A DNA stretch of 64,000 nt from an uncultured Bacteroidales bacterium (GTDB lineage: Bacteria > Bacteroidota > Bacteroidia > Bacteroidales > VadinHA17), in contig CAWHSH010000002.1 of assembly GCA_963831935.1 (NCBI GenBank), forward strand, positions 10,307 through 74,306. The letters are read 5' to 3'. Positions 35,725-46,528 of the stretch are shown in pieces. A program made the position numbers and the translations under genes. How positions within the stretch are numbered: position 1 is the stretch's first letter; each line of letters starts with the position of its first letter. The notes beneath the pieces were generated by a model, which made no database searches, was not told the origin of the DNA, and saw nothing but the letters and a program-made list of their open reading frames with translations.

Positions 35725-35794
35725 CTCTGTGACTCTCTGTGGTAATAAAAACCCTACAGAGAGTTATACATATGATTCACAGAGTCCCTTAGAG
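35725..35794. repeat. Degenerate CTCTGTG/CACAGAG inverted-repeat element
   Basis: ctctgtgactctctgtgg ... ctacagagag..cacagag..agag abutting the phoH stop codon. Confidence 0.65.
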
Positions 35795-36778
35795 TTATAT
35801 TTTGTCATCAATTTTGTTATCATTTTCTTCCTTCTCATATGCCCTTACAATCCTTTTCACCAGCTTGTGCCGTACTATATCCCTTTCATCAAACTTGATA
35901 ATTGAGATGCCTTCAATATTGGCAAGGATTCTCATTGCCTGAAGCAAACCCGATTCATTCTTTTTTGGAAGATCTATTTGAGTAGTATCTCCTGTCATAA
36001 TGAATTTAGAGCTGATCCCCATTCTTGTAAGAAACATCTTGAGCTGGCTTATTGTCGCATTCTGTGCTTCATCAAGGATCACAAATGCACTTTCAAGTGT
36101 TCTTCCCCTCATAAAGGCAAGAGGAGCGATCTGAACGGTTCCATCCTCGATCCAGGTTTCAAGCTTTTTGAATGGGATCATATCATGAAGTGCATCATAG
36201 AGTGGCTGAAGATAAGGATCAAGCTTCTCTTTCATGTCGCCGGGAAGAAAGCCAAGCCTTTCTCCTGCTTCAACAGCAGGACGGGTAAGAACGATCTTTT
36301 TTACTTCCCTTTCTTTTAAAGCCCTGACTGCCAATGCAATAGACGTATAGGTTTTTCCAGTCCCCGCAGGTCCTTCAGCGATTATCAGATCATTGGTCTT
36401 ATAATCGTTTACCAGCAGCAGCTGGTTGACAGTCCTTGCCCTGATAGGTTTACCGCTCGTGCCAAAAACAATTACCTGTTCAAATTCACCGTTTGAGGCA
36501 CTTTTCAGGTGGTCGGCATCAAAAAAGTACTTTTCAATGTCCTGTTCATCGAGTCTGTGATATTTCCGGTAATATTCAATTATCTCATTGAACTTTTCGG
36601 CAAAAAAGGTAATCTCTCCCTCCTCCCCCATGCATTTAATTTCATTGCCTCTGGCGACGAGCTTTATTTTAGGGAAGAAACTGCGTATTTTATCAAGAAG
36701 GGAATTGTTTGTACCGTAAAATATTACAGGATCGATATCCTCAAGAAATATTATTATCTCTGTCATTAACTCCTTCAA
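35795..36778 (-). CDS. PhoH family ATPase
   Basis: GPAGTGKT, RPAVEAGERLGFLPG, LAFMRGRTL, LDEAQN. Confidence 0.93.
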   Translation of the reverse strand: MKELMTEIIIFLEDIDPVIFYGTNNSLLDKIRSFFPKIKLVARGNEIKCMGEEGEITFFAEKFNEIIEYYRKYHRLDEQDIEKYFFDADHLKSASNGEFEQVIVFGTSGKPIRARTVNQLLLVNDYKTNDLIIAEGPAGTGKTYTSIALAVRALKEREVKKIVLTRPAVEAGERLGFLPGDMKEKLDPYLQPLYDALHDMIPFKKLETWIEDGTVQIAPLAFMRGRTLESAFVILDEAQNATISQLKMFLTRMGISSKFIMTGDTTQIDLPKKNESGLLQAMRILANIEGISIIKFDERDIVRHKLVKRIVRAYEKEENDNKIDDKI

Positions 36779-36914
36779 AAGTTACTTAATCTCCTTTCCC
36801 TTTTATTTTTAGCCAGAAGCTTATCCAACAGCTTATAAAAAAGATTTTTTGATCCAGTACAAAGTAAGTTTATTTTTTCTTTAGAAGATTATCTTTGTCT
36901 TAAGTTTTTTCCCG

Positions 36915-37710
36915 ATGCCGGTAATAACACTTACTACTGAATGGAGGCCCGATGATATCTACAATGGTATCATAAAAGGAAAACTTTGCAGTTTTTGTCC
37001 CGGAGCTACTGTTGTTGATAATGCCTGCAATATCCCGCCGTTCAATATTTCCCATGCCTCATTCATAATCAGGAATACGTATCTTAATTACCCCAAAGGC
37101 TCCATTCACATAATCTGTGTGCATTCTGAAGCGCATAAAGACGAGAATTTTTTGATAATAAAAGCTAAAGATCATTTTTTTATCGGAACTGATAATGGCA
37201 TATTCAACCTGATACTTAATTCCGAACCCGAAGAAATCATCAGAATTGAACATGATAATGTAACTGATGAGCTGGAGATCTTTGCAAAAACAGCATCTGA
37301 ATTGTTCAACGGCAAGAAGCCTTCCCAGCTTGGCAAACAACTCGAATAAAATAAGCGAAAAGCTTCCTCTCAGGGCAACGATTGACAAGGAGGTGATTAT
37401 TGGAAGCATAATTTTCATTGACTCATACGGCAATGCAATTTCAAATATAACCCGGGAAATTTTTTACCGCATTTTCGAAAATAAGGAGTTCAGGATCTCC
37501 ATCCAGAGTAATAAGAACTACACTGAAATTATCTCCCGGACTTACAGTGATGTGCCTGTCGGAGAATTACTTGCCAGATTCAACCAACTCGATCTCCTTG
37601 AAATTTCAATAAATGGTGCTGATATTTCCGAACTTCTAAGTATTGAAGTAGGTTCTTCTGTCAGGATCGATATGGTGAACAAAACAGCACCGCCCAACAG
37701 ATTGTTTTAA
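36915..37710 (+). CDS. DUF62 SAM hydrolase/halogenase family protein; +1 indel near 37345
   Basis: ITLTT, YPKGSIH, GTDNG, IDSYGNAISNI, LLEISINGA; promoter TATCTTTG at 36890. Confidence 0.8.
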
Positions 37711-37721
37711 AAGACTGATAA

Positions 37722-38504
37722 ATGACTGATAAAGAAAGAAGCTGCGAGGAGTTCAATAAACTCCTTGATATTATTGATGAGCTCAGGGTTAAATGTCCAT
37801 GGGATATGAAGCAGACCAATGAAAGCCTGAGGAAACTCACAATTGAAGAGACTTATGAACTTGCCGATGCCATTTTTTCAGGCAATGATGAAGGTATAAA
37901 AGGTGAACTTGGCGATTTAATGCTCCATATTGTGTTTTATGCTAAAATAGGATCAGAGAAAAACCTGTTTTCAATGACTGACGTACTGAAAGGCATCAAT
38001 GAGAAGCTTATCTACAGGCATCCTCATGTGTTTGGTGAAGTAAAGGTTTCCGGTGCTTCGGAAGTTGAGAAGAACTGGGAACATCTTAAAATAAACGAGA
38101 ATTCAGGGTACAAGCCGGTTCTGTCGGGTGTTCCTTCTTCCCTCCCTGCAATTGTAAAAGCAAACAGGATCCAGGAAAAAGTAAGAGGCGTTGGTTTTGA
38201 CTGGGAGGTCCGCGACCAGATCTGGGATAAAGTCATGGAAGAGATCTCTGAACTAAAGGAAGAAATTGGAAGTCATGATACGCAGAGTATTGAATCGGAA
38301 CTGGGAGATGTATTTTTTTCACTGATTAACGCTTCGCGGTTATACGGCATAGATCCGGAAGCCGCACTTGAGAAAACCAACAGGAAATTCATAAAACGGT
38401 TTAACTATCTTGAAAAGGAGACACTCTCGAAAGGTATCTCACTTCACGACATGAGCCTTGAAGAGATGAATGTGATATGGGAAAAGGCTAAGGACGAGGA
38501 TTAA
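37722..38504 (+). CDS. mazG: Nucleoside triphosphate pyrophosphohydrolase
   Basis: CPWDMKQT, EETYEL, ELGDL, RHPHVF, GFDW, KFIKRF. Confidence 0.95.
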   Translation: MTDKERSCEEFNKLLDIIDELRVKCPWDMKQTNESLRKLTIEETYELADAIFSGNDEGIKGELGDLMLHIVFYAKIGSEKNLFSMTDVLKGINEKLIYRHPHVFGEVKVSGASEVEKNWEHLKINENSGYKPVLSGVPSSLPAIVKANRIQEKVRGVGFDWEVRDQIWDKVMEEISELKEEIGSHDTQSIESELGDVFFSLINASRLYGIDPEAALEKTNRKFIKRFNYLEKETLSKGISLHDMSLEEMNVIWEKAKDED

Positions 38505-38506
38505 TG

Positions 38507-39346
38507 TTACTTTGCAAATCTATAGCTTAGAAGCTGATAGATAATTTTTGCCGCGACAAAATCAGGAGCCTTATTTACTGTGGAAGGGCATAACTCTACT
38601 ACATCAAACCCGACAACATTTCTTTCATTAATCACATCCTTCAGAAAATGCATTATCTCAAAATAATCAGGACCTCCAGGTTCGGGCGTTCCCGTTGATG
38701 GTATAAGTGAAGGATCGAAAACATCGAGGTCAAGTGTTATATAGACATTATCTGACAGTTTCTCAAGGGCTTTTGAATACAATTCCTTTTTGTGGTAAAG
38801 TTCATGCGCAAAAAATAATTTTCCCCTGTCAATAAAAGGCATTTCTTCTGCAGCCATGCTTCTGATGCCAACCTGGATAACCGGGGCATACTCCCTGACT
38901 CTTGCCATTGAGCAAGCGTGGTTAAAAGTTGACCCTTCATATTCAGGTCTTAAATCAGTATGGGCATCAAGCTGAAGAACCGACAGGTTTCTGAACCGTT
39001 CAGAAAATGCTCTGACAGAACCAATAGTTACAGTATGGTTCCCGCCAACAAGGACCGGGAACTTACCATCGTTCAGAAGCGTCAATATTACTTTGTACAC
39101 CTCATTAACCAGTTCTTCAGGGGATCTCTTCTCAGTGACAGGATCAATTGTATGGATACCATTAAGATGGGCTTCAGATTCAGTTTCCACATCATAAAAC
39201 TCAAGATTGACCGAAGCCGCCATAATTGCGTCCGGACCTTTATCGGCACCCTTAATCCAGGTACTGGTTTCATCATAGGGAACAGGAACAATAATAATAC
39301 CTGAAGCAGAATAATCGTAAACTACCTCATTTCCACCAAAATTCAT
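38507..39346 (-). CDS. speB: Agmatinase
   Basis: GGNH, DAHTD, DLDVFDPS..TGTPEPGG, GFDVVEL. Confidence 0.88.
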   Translation of the reverse strand: MNFGGNEVVYDYSASGIIIVPVPYDETSTWIKGADKGPDAIMAASVNLEFYDVETESEAHLNGIHTIDPVTEKRSPEELVNEVYKVILTLLNDGKFPVLVGGNHTVTIGSVRAFSERFRNLSVLQLDAHTDLRPEYEGSTFNHACSMARVREYAPVIQVGIRSMAAEEMPFIDRGKLFFAHELYHKKELYSKALEKLSDNVYITLDLDVFDPSLIPSTGTPEPGGPDYFEIMHFLKDVINERNVVGFDVVELCPSTVNKAPDFVAAKIIYQLLSYRFAK

Positions 39347-39367
39347 AGCAAAATGATTTCTATCCCT

Positions 39368-39859
39368 TTATTTCTTGTTCTTTGATCCGGGAGTGCTTTT
39401 CTTTTTTTTCTTTTCAGGAACAGTAGCATCAGGTTCGGATGCAGTTTTATCAGTTTCTTCATTTTTTACGGGCTCCTCCTTAATCAGCATGTTTTTCTTC
39501 TGGAGAATATTATACCACAGAATTATTTTCTTAATATCGCTGACGTAAACCTTTTCCCTTGAGTAATCGGGAACAATTTCCTCAAAATATTTTCTCAGTT
39601 TTTCCGGTTCAGTTTTTGAATCAATTGCAGGTCCCCCTGCTTCTTTCTCAAAGATCTTGTCAAAAACTTTACCAAGCTGCAGGTCTTCCTTTTCAGTAAA
39701 TACCGAAATATCCTCAAGTGTACTTACCTTAGCAGAACTGAAAGCACTGCTTCTCTTCCCCGTTTCGAGATGTTCGACTATTATTGCATTTTTGCCCTGG
39801 GCTATAAATTTGAAGAGACCCGGTTCTCCCGAAATTGCCAATATGTCCTTTAATACCAT
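39368..39859 (-). CDS. DUF5606-type conserved Bacteroidota protein
   Basis: ILAISGEPGLF..VSTLEDISVF..VYVSDIKKIILWYN. Confidence 0.8.
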   Translation of the reverse strand: MVLKDILAISGEPGLFKFIAQGKNAIIVEHLETGKRSSAFSSAKVSTLEDISVFTEKEDLQLGKVFDKIFEKEAGGPAIDSKTEPEKLRKYFEEIVPDYSREKVYVSDIKKIILWYNILQKKNMLIKEEPVKNEETDKTASEPDATVPEKKKKKSTPGSKNKK

Positions 39860-39935
39860 AATTGTCTTTTTGAATGCAAATTTAATTCAAGTAAATAAAT
39901 TAATATTTCAAAGTGGTGCTATTTTGAAAATAAAA

Positions 39936-40664
39936 TCAGATGATATTCCTTTCTTTCTTTATCTTTTCGTAGGCTTCATTTACTTTCTTGAATTTTTCAT
40001 CAGCAGTCTTGCGGAACTCTTCGCCGAGGTGACTTACCTTATCGGGATGGTATTTCATCGCCATTCGCCTGTAAGCTTTCTTGACCTCATCGTCTGTCGC
40101 TGTACGTTCAATTTCAAGGATCTTATAGGCAGAATCAGTTTCGGGTATAAACATGTTCCTGATTGAAAGAAAATCCGATGAGGATATACCCAGGTATCCT
40201 GATATTTTTTCCACTGCTTCGAGTTCAGAAGGATGGACTGCACCGTCAGCCAGAGAAATATTGAAAAGGACATGCAGAAGCTGAAGTCGTGATGAATAAT
40301 CCATGTTCCTGCTGATCTGCTGGCATACGTCTCTTACAGGTATATCCTGTTTAAGTATGTCCCTTAGCATCCTCAAAGCTTCATTTGCAGTCGACGGTCC
40401 AAACTGAGTTATAAAAAATTGCTTAACATAATCAAGCTCAGATTTCACCACTTTCCCGTCGGCTTTCAGTACCGCGGCGATAAGGACCAGAAGGCTCATT
40501 CCAAAATCGCCCGGGGTTGTCCTGCCGGCTGAACCGGTGTATGCAGATGTCTGAATGGTAGTGTTATCGACCATTGAGCCGACAAGGAAACCTAAAACCG
40601 CTCCGAGAGGACCACCCATCACAAATCCAAGACCGCCCCCTATCCATTTTGCAAAGCTTCCCAT
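39936..40664 (-). CDS. DjlA-like co-chaperone (TerB-like plus C-terminal J domain)
   Basis: Gly-rich [24 protein letters not shown]. Confidence 0.88.
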   Translation of the reverse strand: MGSFAKWIGGGLGFVMGGPLGAVLGFLVGSMVDNTTIQTSAYTGSAGRTTPGDFGMSLLVLIAAVLKADGKVVKSELDYVKQFFITQFGPSTANEALRMLRDILKQDIPVRDVCQQISRNMDYSSRLQLLHVLFNISLADGAVHPSELEAVEKISGYLGISSSDFLSIRNMFIPETDSAYKILEIERTATDDEVKKAYRRMAMKYHPDKVSHLGEEFRKTADEKFKKVNEAYEKIKKERNII

Positions 40665-40667
40665 AGA

Positions 40668-41285
40668 TTATCTTTCTTTATAATACAAGTTTAACATTTC
40701 CTCGTGAACTCCAAGTATCGCAGGAATTATCATATCATTTTCTGAATTGAAGATTATATAGTGTGATCTTTTAATCCGTGATTCATCATCAATCTGATTA
40801 TTAATGCGTTCCATTACCTGTTCCCTGGTAAGCCTGTTTCCCTTCACAAGTCGGTCGATCCGTTCCTCCATCGGAGTAACAACTGTCAGTATCTTGTCCA
40901 TGTCACGGTAGGCACCGCTTTCAAAAAGGATAGCGGCCTCCATAATTGAGTATGGAGAATCCTGCTCTTTAACCCATTTTGTGAAATTATTAAAGACTAC
41001 AGGATGTATCAGGGAATTTACTTTTTCCAGCAGGTCCCTGTTATTGAAAATAAGTCTTGCCAGCTCAGGGCGGTCAAGTTTCCCGGTCGAATAAAGGTCT
41101 TTACCCACCAGCAGGTTAATCTTATCCTTTATTTCCCTGTCACCTTCCTGAATTTTCCTTGCCTCTTCGTCTGCTGAATAAACCGGTATGCCAAGAACTG
41201 CAAAAATCCTGCACACAGTGGTCTTACCGCTTCCTATCCCCCCGGTAACGCCTAGTTTCAGACCTTTTTTCAAGGTTTTGGTCAT
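40668..41285 (-). CDS. coaE: Dephospho-CoA kinase
   Basis: GVTGGIGSGKT, LIHP, EAAILFE. Confidence 0.95.
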   Translation of the reverse strand: MTKTLKKGLKLGVTGGIGSGKTTVCRIFAVLGIPVYSADEEARKIQEGDREIKDKINLLVGKDLYSTGKLDRPELARLIFNNRDLLEKVNSLIHPVVFNNFTKWVKEQDSPYSIMEAAILFESGAYRDMDKILTVVTPMEERIDRLVKGNRLTREQVMERINNQIDDESRIKRSHYIIFNSENDMIIPAILGVHEEMLNLYYKER

Positions 41286-42289
41286 TTGATTTTTTTTTCG
41301 ATGAGAAAATCAACTTTTGATGGTGTCACTCTCAGGGAATTCACAAAAGGAGGGACATTTGGGATTTCGACAGGAATTTTATCAGTTGAATTGAGATTCA
41401 CCTTATTGAGATCGAGAACAACCTCAAATGGTCGTTCCTTAAATTGGTTATAATCGCTTACGGCAACCTGGCACCTGACAGTTACTTCATCGGGAAAAAT
41501 TTTAATATCAATCGAATCAGGGCTGTTAATGATTTTTATCGGAACGTGGATTTCTGCTTCAGTAAATTGTTCGACTGGAATTGTAAGTGTTACTTTCTTC
41601 ACGGAGGAGGAATACTCCTTCGAAGTTTTCAGCATAAAACTTCTTGTAATTGTTTCATCGACGCCGGTAAGTCTTTTAAATCTGGTCTTTACGTTATCTA
41701 CCGTATCTATGATATGTTTCGGCCCTGTCAAAATTACAGAATCAGGATTAACCTGAATATTGCCCTTTACCGAATATTGTTTTTCAGTCAGTATTTCAAT
41801 GTCAGGAATAACCGGAACTGCTTTTGCAATGATCCTGTCAAAAGTAAAAAAGAGTGTATCAGGCTTTATGGCAACTATTTCGCATTCGGTCCGCAGCTGG
41901 CTTTTGAGCTTCGGAATAAGACCTGAGGAGAGAATATAATAGCTTAGGGTATTGCTTCCCGGGACTCTGCGGTAATTGATTGTGGAAATATCAAGAATCA
42001 AAGGTGCACGGCTTCCGGAAAGTTTAAGTTTGAGTACGGAATAACCGGGGCCTTTGAGATACAGTTCCAGTCTGGAGGGCAGGTCTTCAGAAAGTATTCT
42101 TTCTTTCGGAAGATTAATATATCTTACCGGATACTTTAAATCAGACTCAATATTTTTCCCCAGCGAATTCAGGTACCAGAATATGAAAGAAAGCAAAAGG
42201 AAGAAAGCAAAAATTATCACATCCCTGTTGATTCCGCCTGCTCCCTTTTCCAGAATTCTTCTCAACCATATGCCTGATTGGCCTTTCAC
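41282..42289 (-). CDS. YbbR/CdaR-like membrane protein
   Basis: N-terminal TM FLLLSFIFWYL, repeated PDTL/PDSV/PDEV/PSKV YbbR-type motifs; conserved yajC-coaE context. Confidence 0.8.
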   Translation of the reverse strand: MKGQSGIWLRRILEKGAGGINRDVIIFAFFLLLSFIFWYLNSLGKNIESDLKYPVRYINLPKERILSEDLPSRLELYLKGPGYSVLKLKLSGSRAPLILDISTINYRRVPGSNTLSYYILSSGLIPKLKSQLRTECEIVAIKPDTLFFTFDRIIAKAVPVIPDIEILTEKQYSVKGNIQVNPDSVILTGPKHIIDTVDNVKTRFKRLTGVDETITRSFMLKTSKEYSSSVKKVTLTIPVEQFTEAEIHVPIKIINSPDSIDIKIFPDEVTVRCQVAVSDYNQFKERPFEVVLDLNKVNLNSTDKIPVEIPNVPPFVNSLRVTPSKVDFLIEKKIK

Positions 42290-42311
42290 ACGGCGTAAAT
42301 AAAGAAATGTA

Positions 42312-42641
42312 TTATTCAGCGTCGACAGTCGGATCTTTCACAAGTGCACTCTTATCCACTTTAAGTCTCAGATCTCCGCCGACTTCCAGCATCACATAGT
42401 TGTCCTTCACTTCCGTGATTCTGCCATAAATTCCTCCTGTTGTCACCACTTTATCTCCTTTTTTAAGCGAATTCCTGTAATTTGTCATTTCTTTCTGTTT
42501 TTTCATTTGAGGTCTTATCATAAAAAAATAGAAGACCACAAAAACCAGAAGGAGGGGAAGAAAAGTAATAAGTGCATTACCCTGTCCGCCGGCACTGCCT
42601 GATGGCTGACCCATAAGTAAAATAAAAGATAAATTGTTCAT
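42312..42641 (-). CDS. yajC: Preprotein translocase subunit
   Basis: FYFFMIRPQ, GDKVVTTGGIYG. Confidence 0.95.
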   Translation of the reverse strand: MNNLSFILLMGQPSGSAGGQGNALITFLPLLLVFVVFYFFMIRPQMKKQKEMTNYRNSLKKGDKVVTTGGIYGRITEVKDNYVMLEVGGDLRLKVDKSALVKDPTVDAE

Positions 42642-42670
42642 AGTAATAAATATTTATGATTTGTTATTTG

Positions 42671-43069
42671 TTATTTATTCCTGGCAATTACTTCAGCCGT
42701 AATTTTAAGAATTACCACCTTCTTCCTGGAGTTAGATTGAACGGTTATTGTTTTTGTCTGCAATCCGTTTCTTCCTCCGGTATCAAACACTACCTCAAGG
42801 CTTCCTTTATTTCCTGCCGGAATTGGGTCGCGGTCAAATTTTGTTACCGTACACCCGCAGCTTGTTGAGGCTGAATTTATCACAAGTGTCCCGGGTCCTT
42901 TATTTTCAAAAGGAAATATATAAGCTACTTTCTCTCCTTCAGTTACTTTACCAAAATCATGCTCATATTCCCTGAAACTTATTTCGCCCAATTCACCTTC
43001 AGCAGGAAGACTTGTCCCGGGAGAAGCTTTCTTGCCTGAACCCGAATTGCAGGCAATAAATAAAAGCAT
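42671..43069 (-). CDS. DUF1573 lipoprotein
   Basis: Lipobox FIAC, HDFG, SCGCT. Confidence 0.88.
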   Translation of the reverse strand: MLLFIACNSGSGKKASPGTSLPAEGELGEISFREYEHDFGKVTEGEKVAYIFPFENKGPGTLVINSASTSCGCTVTKFDRDPIPAGNKGSLEVVFDTGGRNGLQTKTITVQSNSRKKVVILKITAEVIARNK

Positions 43070-43127
43070 ACAAATTAATAAAGATAACGAAACCTGTGTT
43101 TTTCAATTCCGGAATTTACCTTTATTT

Positions 43128-44093
43128 TCAGTTCAAATCAAAATTTTTCTCGCCAACCAGTCCTCTCCCAGTTTTTTTAAATAGCCCTTTTCCCCGGATC
43201 TCCTTTACAATATTGTCGAGTATTCCGTTGACAAATGTACTGCTTTTTGATGTACAATAGCATTTAGCTATTTCAATATACTCATTCAGAGTAACTTTGA
43301 CCGGAATTTCCGGAAATTCAAGTATTTCTGTGACTGCCAGCTTCATGACCAGTATATCCATCAACGCGATACGTTCAACTTCCCAGTTGGTAGTATTATG
43401 GTCAATTAGCTCCGAACACTCTTTTGAATTAAGGACCGTCTTACGGAATAATATCCTTACAAAATCCTCGTCCTCCTTATTTTTGAATAGTGGCAGCATA
43501 GGCACTTTTTCTCCGTTATCCGGTTTGAATTTCTTAAGGGTTTTTTCGATCATGACGTTTACATATTCAGTATCGTCATTCCAGTAAATGCTTTGTTCCT
43601 CGAAGTTGGCCTCGAGGTCCTCCGAAGATGCAAAAAGCCCTGTAATTAGCTGGATTATAAATTTCTTATCAGATACATAACTCTGCACGTCCGTTGTCAT
43701 ATATTCCTCATACTTTTCCCACGCAAGCATTTTGTTGTGCAAAAGTCTGGGAATATGAGGATAATTAACCCATGACAGTTTTCTGGATGCTATATATCCG
43801 TTAAATGCTTTATTTTTCCTTAGTTGGGCAATGACCTGATTATCAATAAAACGTCTTTTGGGATTAAGATCCTCGGATGATGGCATCCTTTTCTGAAGAG
43901 CCTGGTCTATTTTCTCAGTGGCAACATCAGCGATTTCAAGTACGAGGAGAAGCAGATAGTGGTAGAGTTCATAAGTCTTTTCGATGCTGAACATCAGCTC
44001 TTTCTCAGCAAGGGCAAGATTTTCATCTTCCCTGCGGTTGAATGCATATAGAGCCATAAGGGCTTTAATGCGCAATAATCTTCTGCTTATCAT
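43128..44093 (-). CDS. nusB: Transcription antitermination factor (long Bacteroidota form)
   Basis: MISRRLLRIK, IPVKVTLNEYIEIAK, FVNGILD. Confidence 0.95.
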   Translation of the reverse strand: MISRRLLRIKALMALYAFNRREDENLALAEKELMFSIEKTYELYHYLLLLVLEIADVATEKIDQALQKRMPSSEDLNPKRRFIDNQVIAQLRKNKAFNGYIASRKLSWVNYPHIPRLLHNKMLAWEKYEEYMTTDVQSYVSDKKFIIQLITGLFASSEDLEANFEEQSIYWNDDTEYVNVMIEKTLKKFKPDNGEKVPMLPLFKNKEDEDFVRILFRKTVLNSKECSELIDHNTTNWEVERIALMDILVMKLAVTEILEFPEIPVKVTLNEYIEIAKCYCTSKSSTFVNGILDNIVKEIRGKGLFKKTGRGLVGEKNFDLN

Positions 44094-44119
44094 TAATAAA
44101 GAACCTCAGCTTTAGCCTG

Positions 44120-44219
44120 CAAAAATAACTTTTTTCCGTTACTGCTCAAAACAACAGGGTAAATTTTAGATACATTTAAAAGACCTTATTTTGATTTGAA
44201 AAAATAATTCTTACATTTG
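44120..44219. promoter_or_regulatory. Divergent Bacteroidota promoters for nusB and the DUF3276 gene
   Basis: TATTTTTG on minus strand (44120-44127) and TACATTTG on plus strand (44212-44219). Confidence 0.6.
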
Positions 44220-44257
44220 ACAATCAAAACACTAGCCTAAACTAAACTAACAGCGAA

Positions 44258-44660
44258 ATGGAAGAAGAAGCCGGAATTAAGGAAGTTGTAAGCAGTAATG
44301 ATGAAAAGTCCATTAAGGAAGAGATCTATACCAAGGTGGTAAGAGCCGGGAAAAGAACATATTTTTTTGATGTTAAGGCCACCCGTAAGGAAGATTATTA
44401 CCTGACTATCACTGAAAGTAAAAAGCGTCTCGGTAAAGAAGGTAAGGTATTCTATGAAAAACACAAGATCTTTCTTTATAAGGAAGATTTTGAGAAATTT
44501 GCTGATGGATTGAAAGATGTTGTAACATTTATCGGCAACGGAAAAGATGAATTAAAAACAGAAAACTACGCATTCAGAAGAACAACCTAAACAGGAAACA
44601 GAAGGACTTTCTGCCAGGGAATTCTCAAATATCGAATTCGATGACCTTGGCAAAAAATAA
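44258..44660 (+). CDS. DUF3276 / PUR-like nucleic-acid-binding protein; indel near 44570
   Basis: RAGKRTYFFDV, YLTITESKK, KHKIFLYKEDF; shifted tail FSNIEFDDLGKK*. Confidence 0.85.
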
Positions 44661-44676
44661 AGAGTCATTTTTCTGA

Positions 44677-45156
44677 ATGTTAGACTATATCCTGCTGATA
44701 TTGGCAATTATTCTGATGATTCTCGGAATAATCGGGTGTCTGGCACCGGTGCTTCCGGGTCCGCCATTAAGTTACCTGGGACTTGTATTGCTCCATTTCA
44801 CAAAATTCGCCGATTTCTCCACATCCATCCTGATAACACTTGCCGTAATTGTGATTGTGGTTTCAATACTCGATTATATAGTCCCTATATGGGGAACCAA
44901 AAAATTCGGAGGATCAAAATATGGTACACGGGGTGCAACAGTAGGACTCATTATTGGTCTGTTTCTGGGACCAGTGGGAATTATTATCGGACCATTTATC
45001 GGAGCGGTTGTCGGGGAACTTATCTTTAAGGATGATATGAAATACGCTATAAAAGCAGGATTCGGCAGTCTGCTTGGATTTCTTACCGGTATCGGACTGA
45101 AGCTGGCTGCTTCGTTTATAATCACATTCTATTTTGTGAAGGAGTGGATCAAATAA
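44677..45156 (+). CDS. DUF456 membrane protein
   Basis: PVLPGP, KKFGGSKYG, GPFIGAVVGEL. Confidence 0.88.
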   Translation: MLDYILLILAIILMILGIIGCLAPVLPGPPLSYLGLVLLHFTKFADFSTSILITLAVIVIVVSILDYIVPIWGTKKFGGSKYGTRGATVGLIIGLFLGPVGIIIGPFIGAVVGELIFKDDMKYAIKAGFGSLLGFLTGIGLKLAASFIITFYFVKEWIK

Positions 45157-45159
45157 CCA

Positions 45160-45327
45160 ACCTCATCCCCAAACCCCTTCTCCCAAGAGAGAAGGGGCTT
45201 TTACCTTCAACATAGAGATATATTTAGTATGATTTTATGGAGAAAGCAATTTGGTACTTCCCTCCCGGAGGAGGGATTGCCTTCGACGAACTCGTCCTGT
45301 AAAGCGGGACCCGGTTCAGGGAGAGGT
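45160..45327. repeat. CCCCT-type palindrome doublet with a nested insertion in its right arm
   Basis: Ends acctcatcccc / agggagaggt; stems ccccttctc/gagaagggg and tccctcc/ggaggga; extra 45279-45314 with hairpin gtcctg-taaag-cgggac. Confidence 0.75.
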
Positions 45328-45329
45328 AT

Positions 45330-46328
45330 TTATCCCAGCGTTGCAACCATCACAGCCTTAATTGTATGCAGCCGGTTTTCGGCTTCATCAAAGACTATTG
45401 AATGTTTTGATTCAAATACATCTTCAGTCACTTCCAGTCCGTCAAGACCGAATTTCTGATAAATTTCCTCCCCGACCCCGTTTCCCTGTTGTGAAATGCA
45501 GGCAGACAGTGCAGAAACTTAACATCAGGATTTCCGGACTTCTTTAATCACCGACATATTGACCTGGTAAGGTTTCATTAGTTTTATCCTGTCTACCCAC
45601 GCAGAATCAGGCTCTCCCATCGATACCCAGACATCTGTATAAAGGAAATCGACCCCTTTGACTGCTTCATCGACGTTATCGGTAATATTAACCTTTGCCC
45701 CTGTCTCTTTTGCAATATTTCTGCAAGTTTCAACAAGCTCTTTCCCCTGCTGGAAAGCCTTTGGAGCGGCAGTCCTGAAATCCATTCCCATTTTGACTGC
45801 GCCAACCAGAAGCGAATTGCCCATATTATAGCGTGCATCACCAAGGTAGCAGAATGATATTTTGTTGAGTGGTTTTTTGCAATGCTCAAGCATTGTCATG
45901 AAATCGGCAAGGATCTGAGTAGGATGAAACTCATTCGTTAGTCCGTTCCAGACAGGAACGCCGGCATATTTCGCCAGTTCTTCAACTTTCGACTGACCGT
46001 AGCCCCTGTATTCGATTCCGTCGTACATCCTGCCGAGCACCCTTGCAGTATCCTTCATAGACTCCTTTAGTCCGATCTGTGAACCACTCGGTCCAAGGTA
46101 TGTTACGTGAGCCCCCTGGTCGAAAGCCGCAACTTCAAATGCACATCTTGTTCTGGTTGATGATTTTTCAAAAATCAAAGCGATGTTCTTTCCCTTAAGT
46201 CTTTGTTGCTCAGTGCCATTTTTCTTGACCTTTTTCAGTTCAGCAGCCAGGTTGAGCAGGTATTTAATTTCTCCGGGCTTAAAGTCAAGGAGCTTCAGGA
46301 AATGTCTGTTATGGAGGTTGATTGACAT
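45330..46328 (-). CDS. argF: Ornithine carbamoyltransferase (catabolic ArcB-like); frameshifts near the 3' end
   Basis: [36 protein letters not shown]. Confidence 0.92.
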
Positions 46329-46415
46329 AGTGGTTAATAGATATAAAGTTGTATAAATGAAATAATTTGAAGGGGATAAAAGTAATAAATAAATTAATAG
46401 TCTGTGACTTTGACT

Positions 46416-46510
46416 TACCCACCCCTAGCCCCTCCCAGGAGGGGATCCTTAAGATTGATGCATCAATAAAACGCTAAAACATGCGCAAGTCGCCTTACGC
46501 CTGTTGCCTC
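46416..46510. repeat. Half palindromic element plus degenerate 7-mer run between arcC and argF
   Basis: tacccacccctagcccctcccaggagggga; perfect palindrome attgatgcatcaat (46454-46467); cgccttacgcctgttgcctc. Confidence 0.65.
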
Positions 46511-46528
46511 AAGAATCTTGTCCAACAT

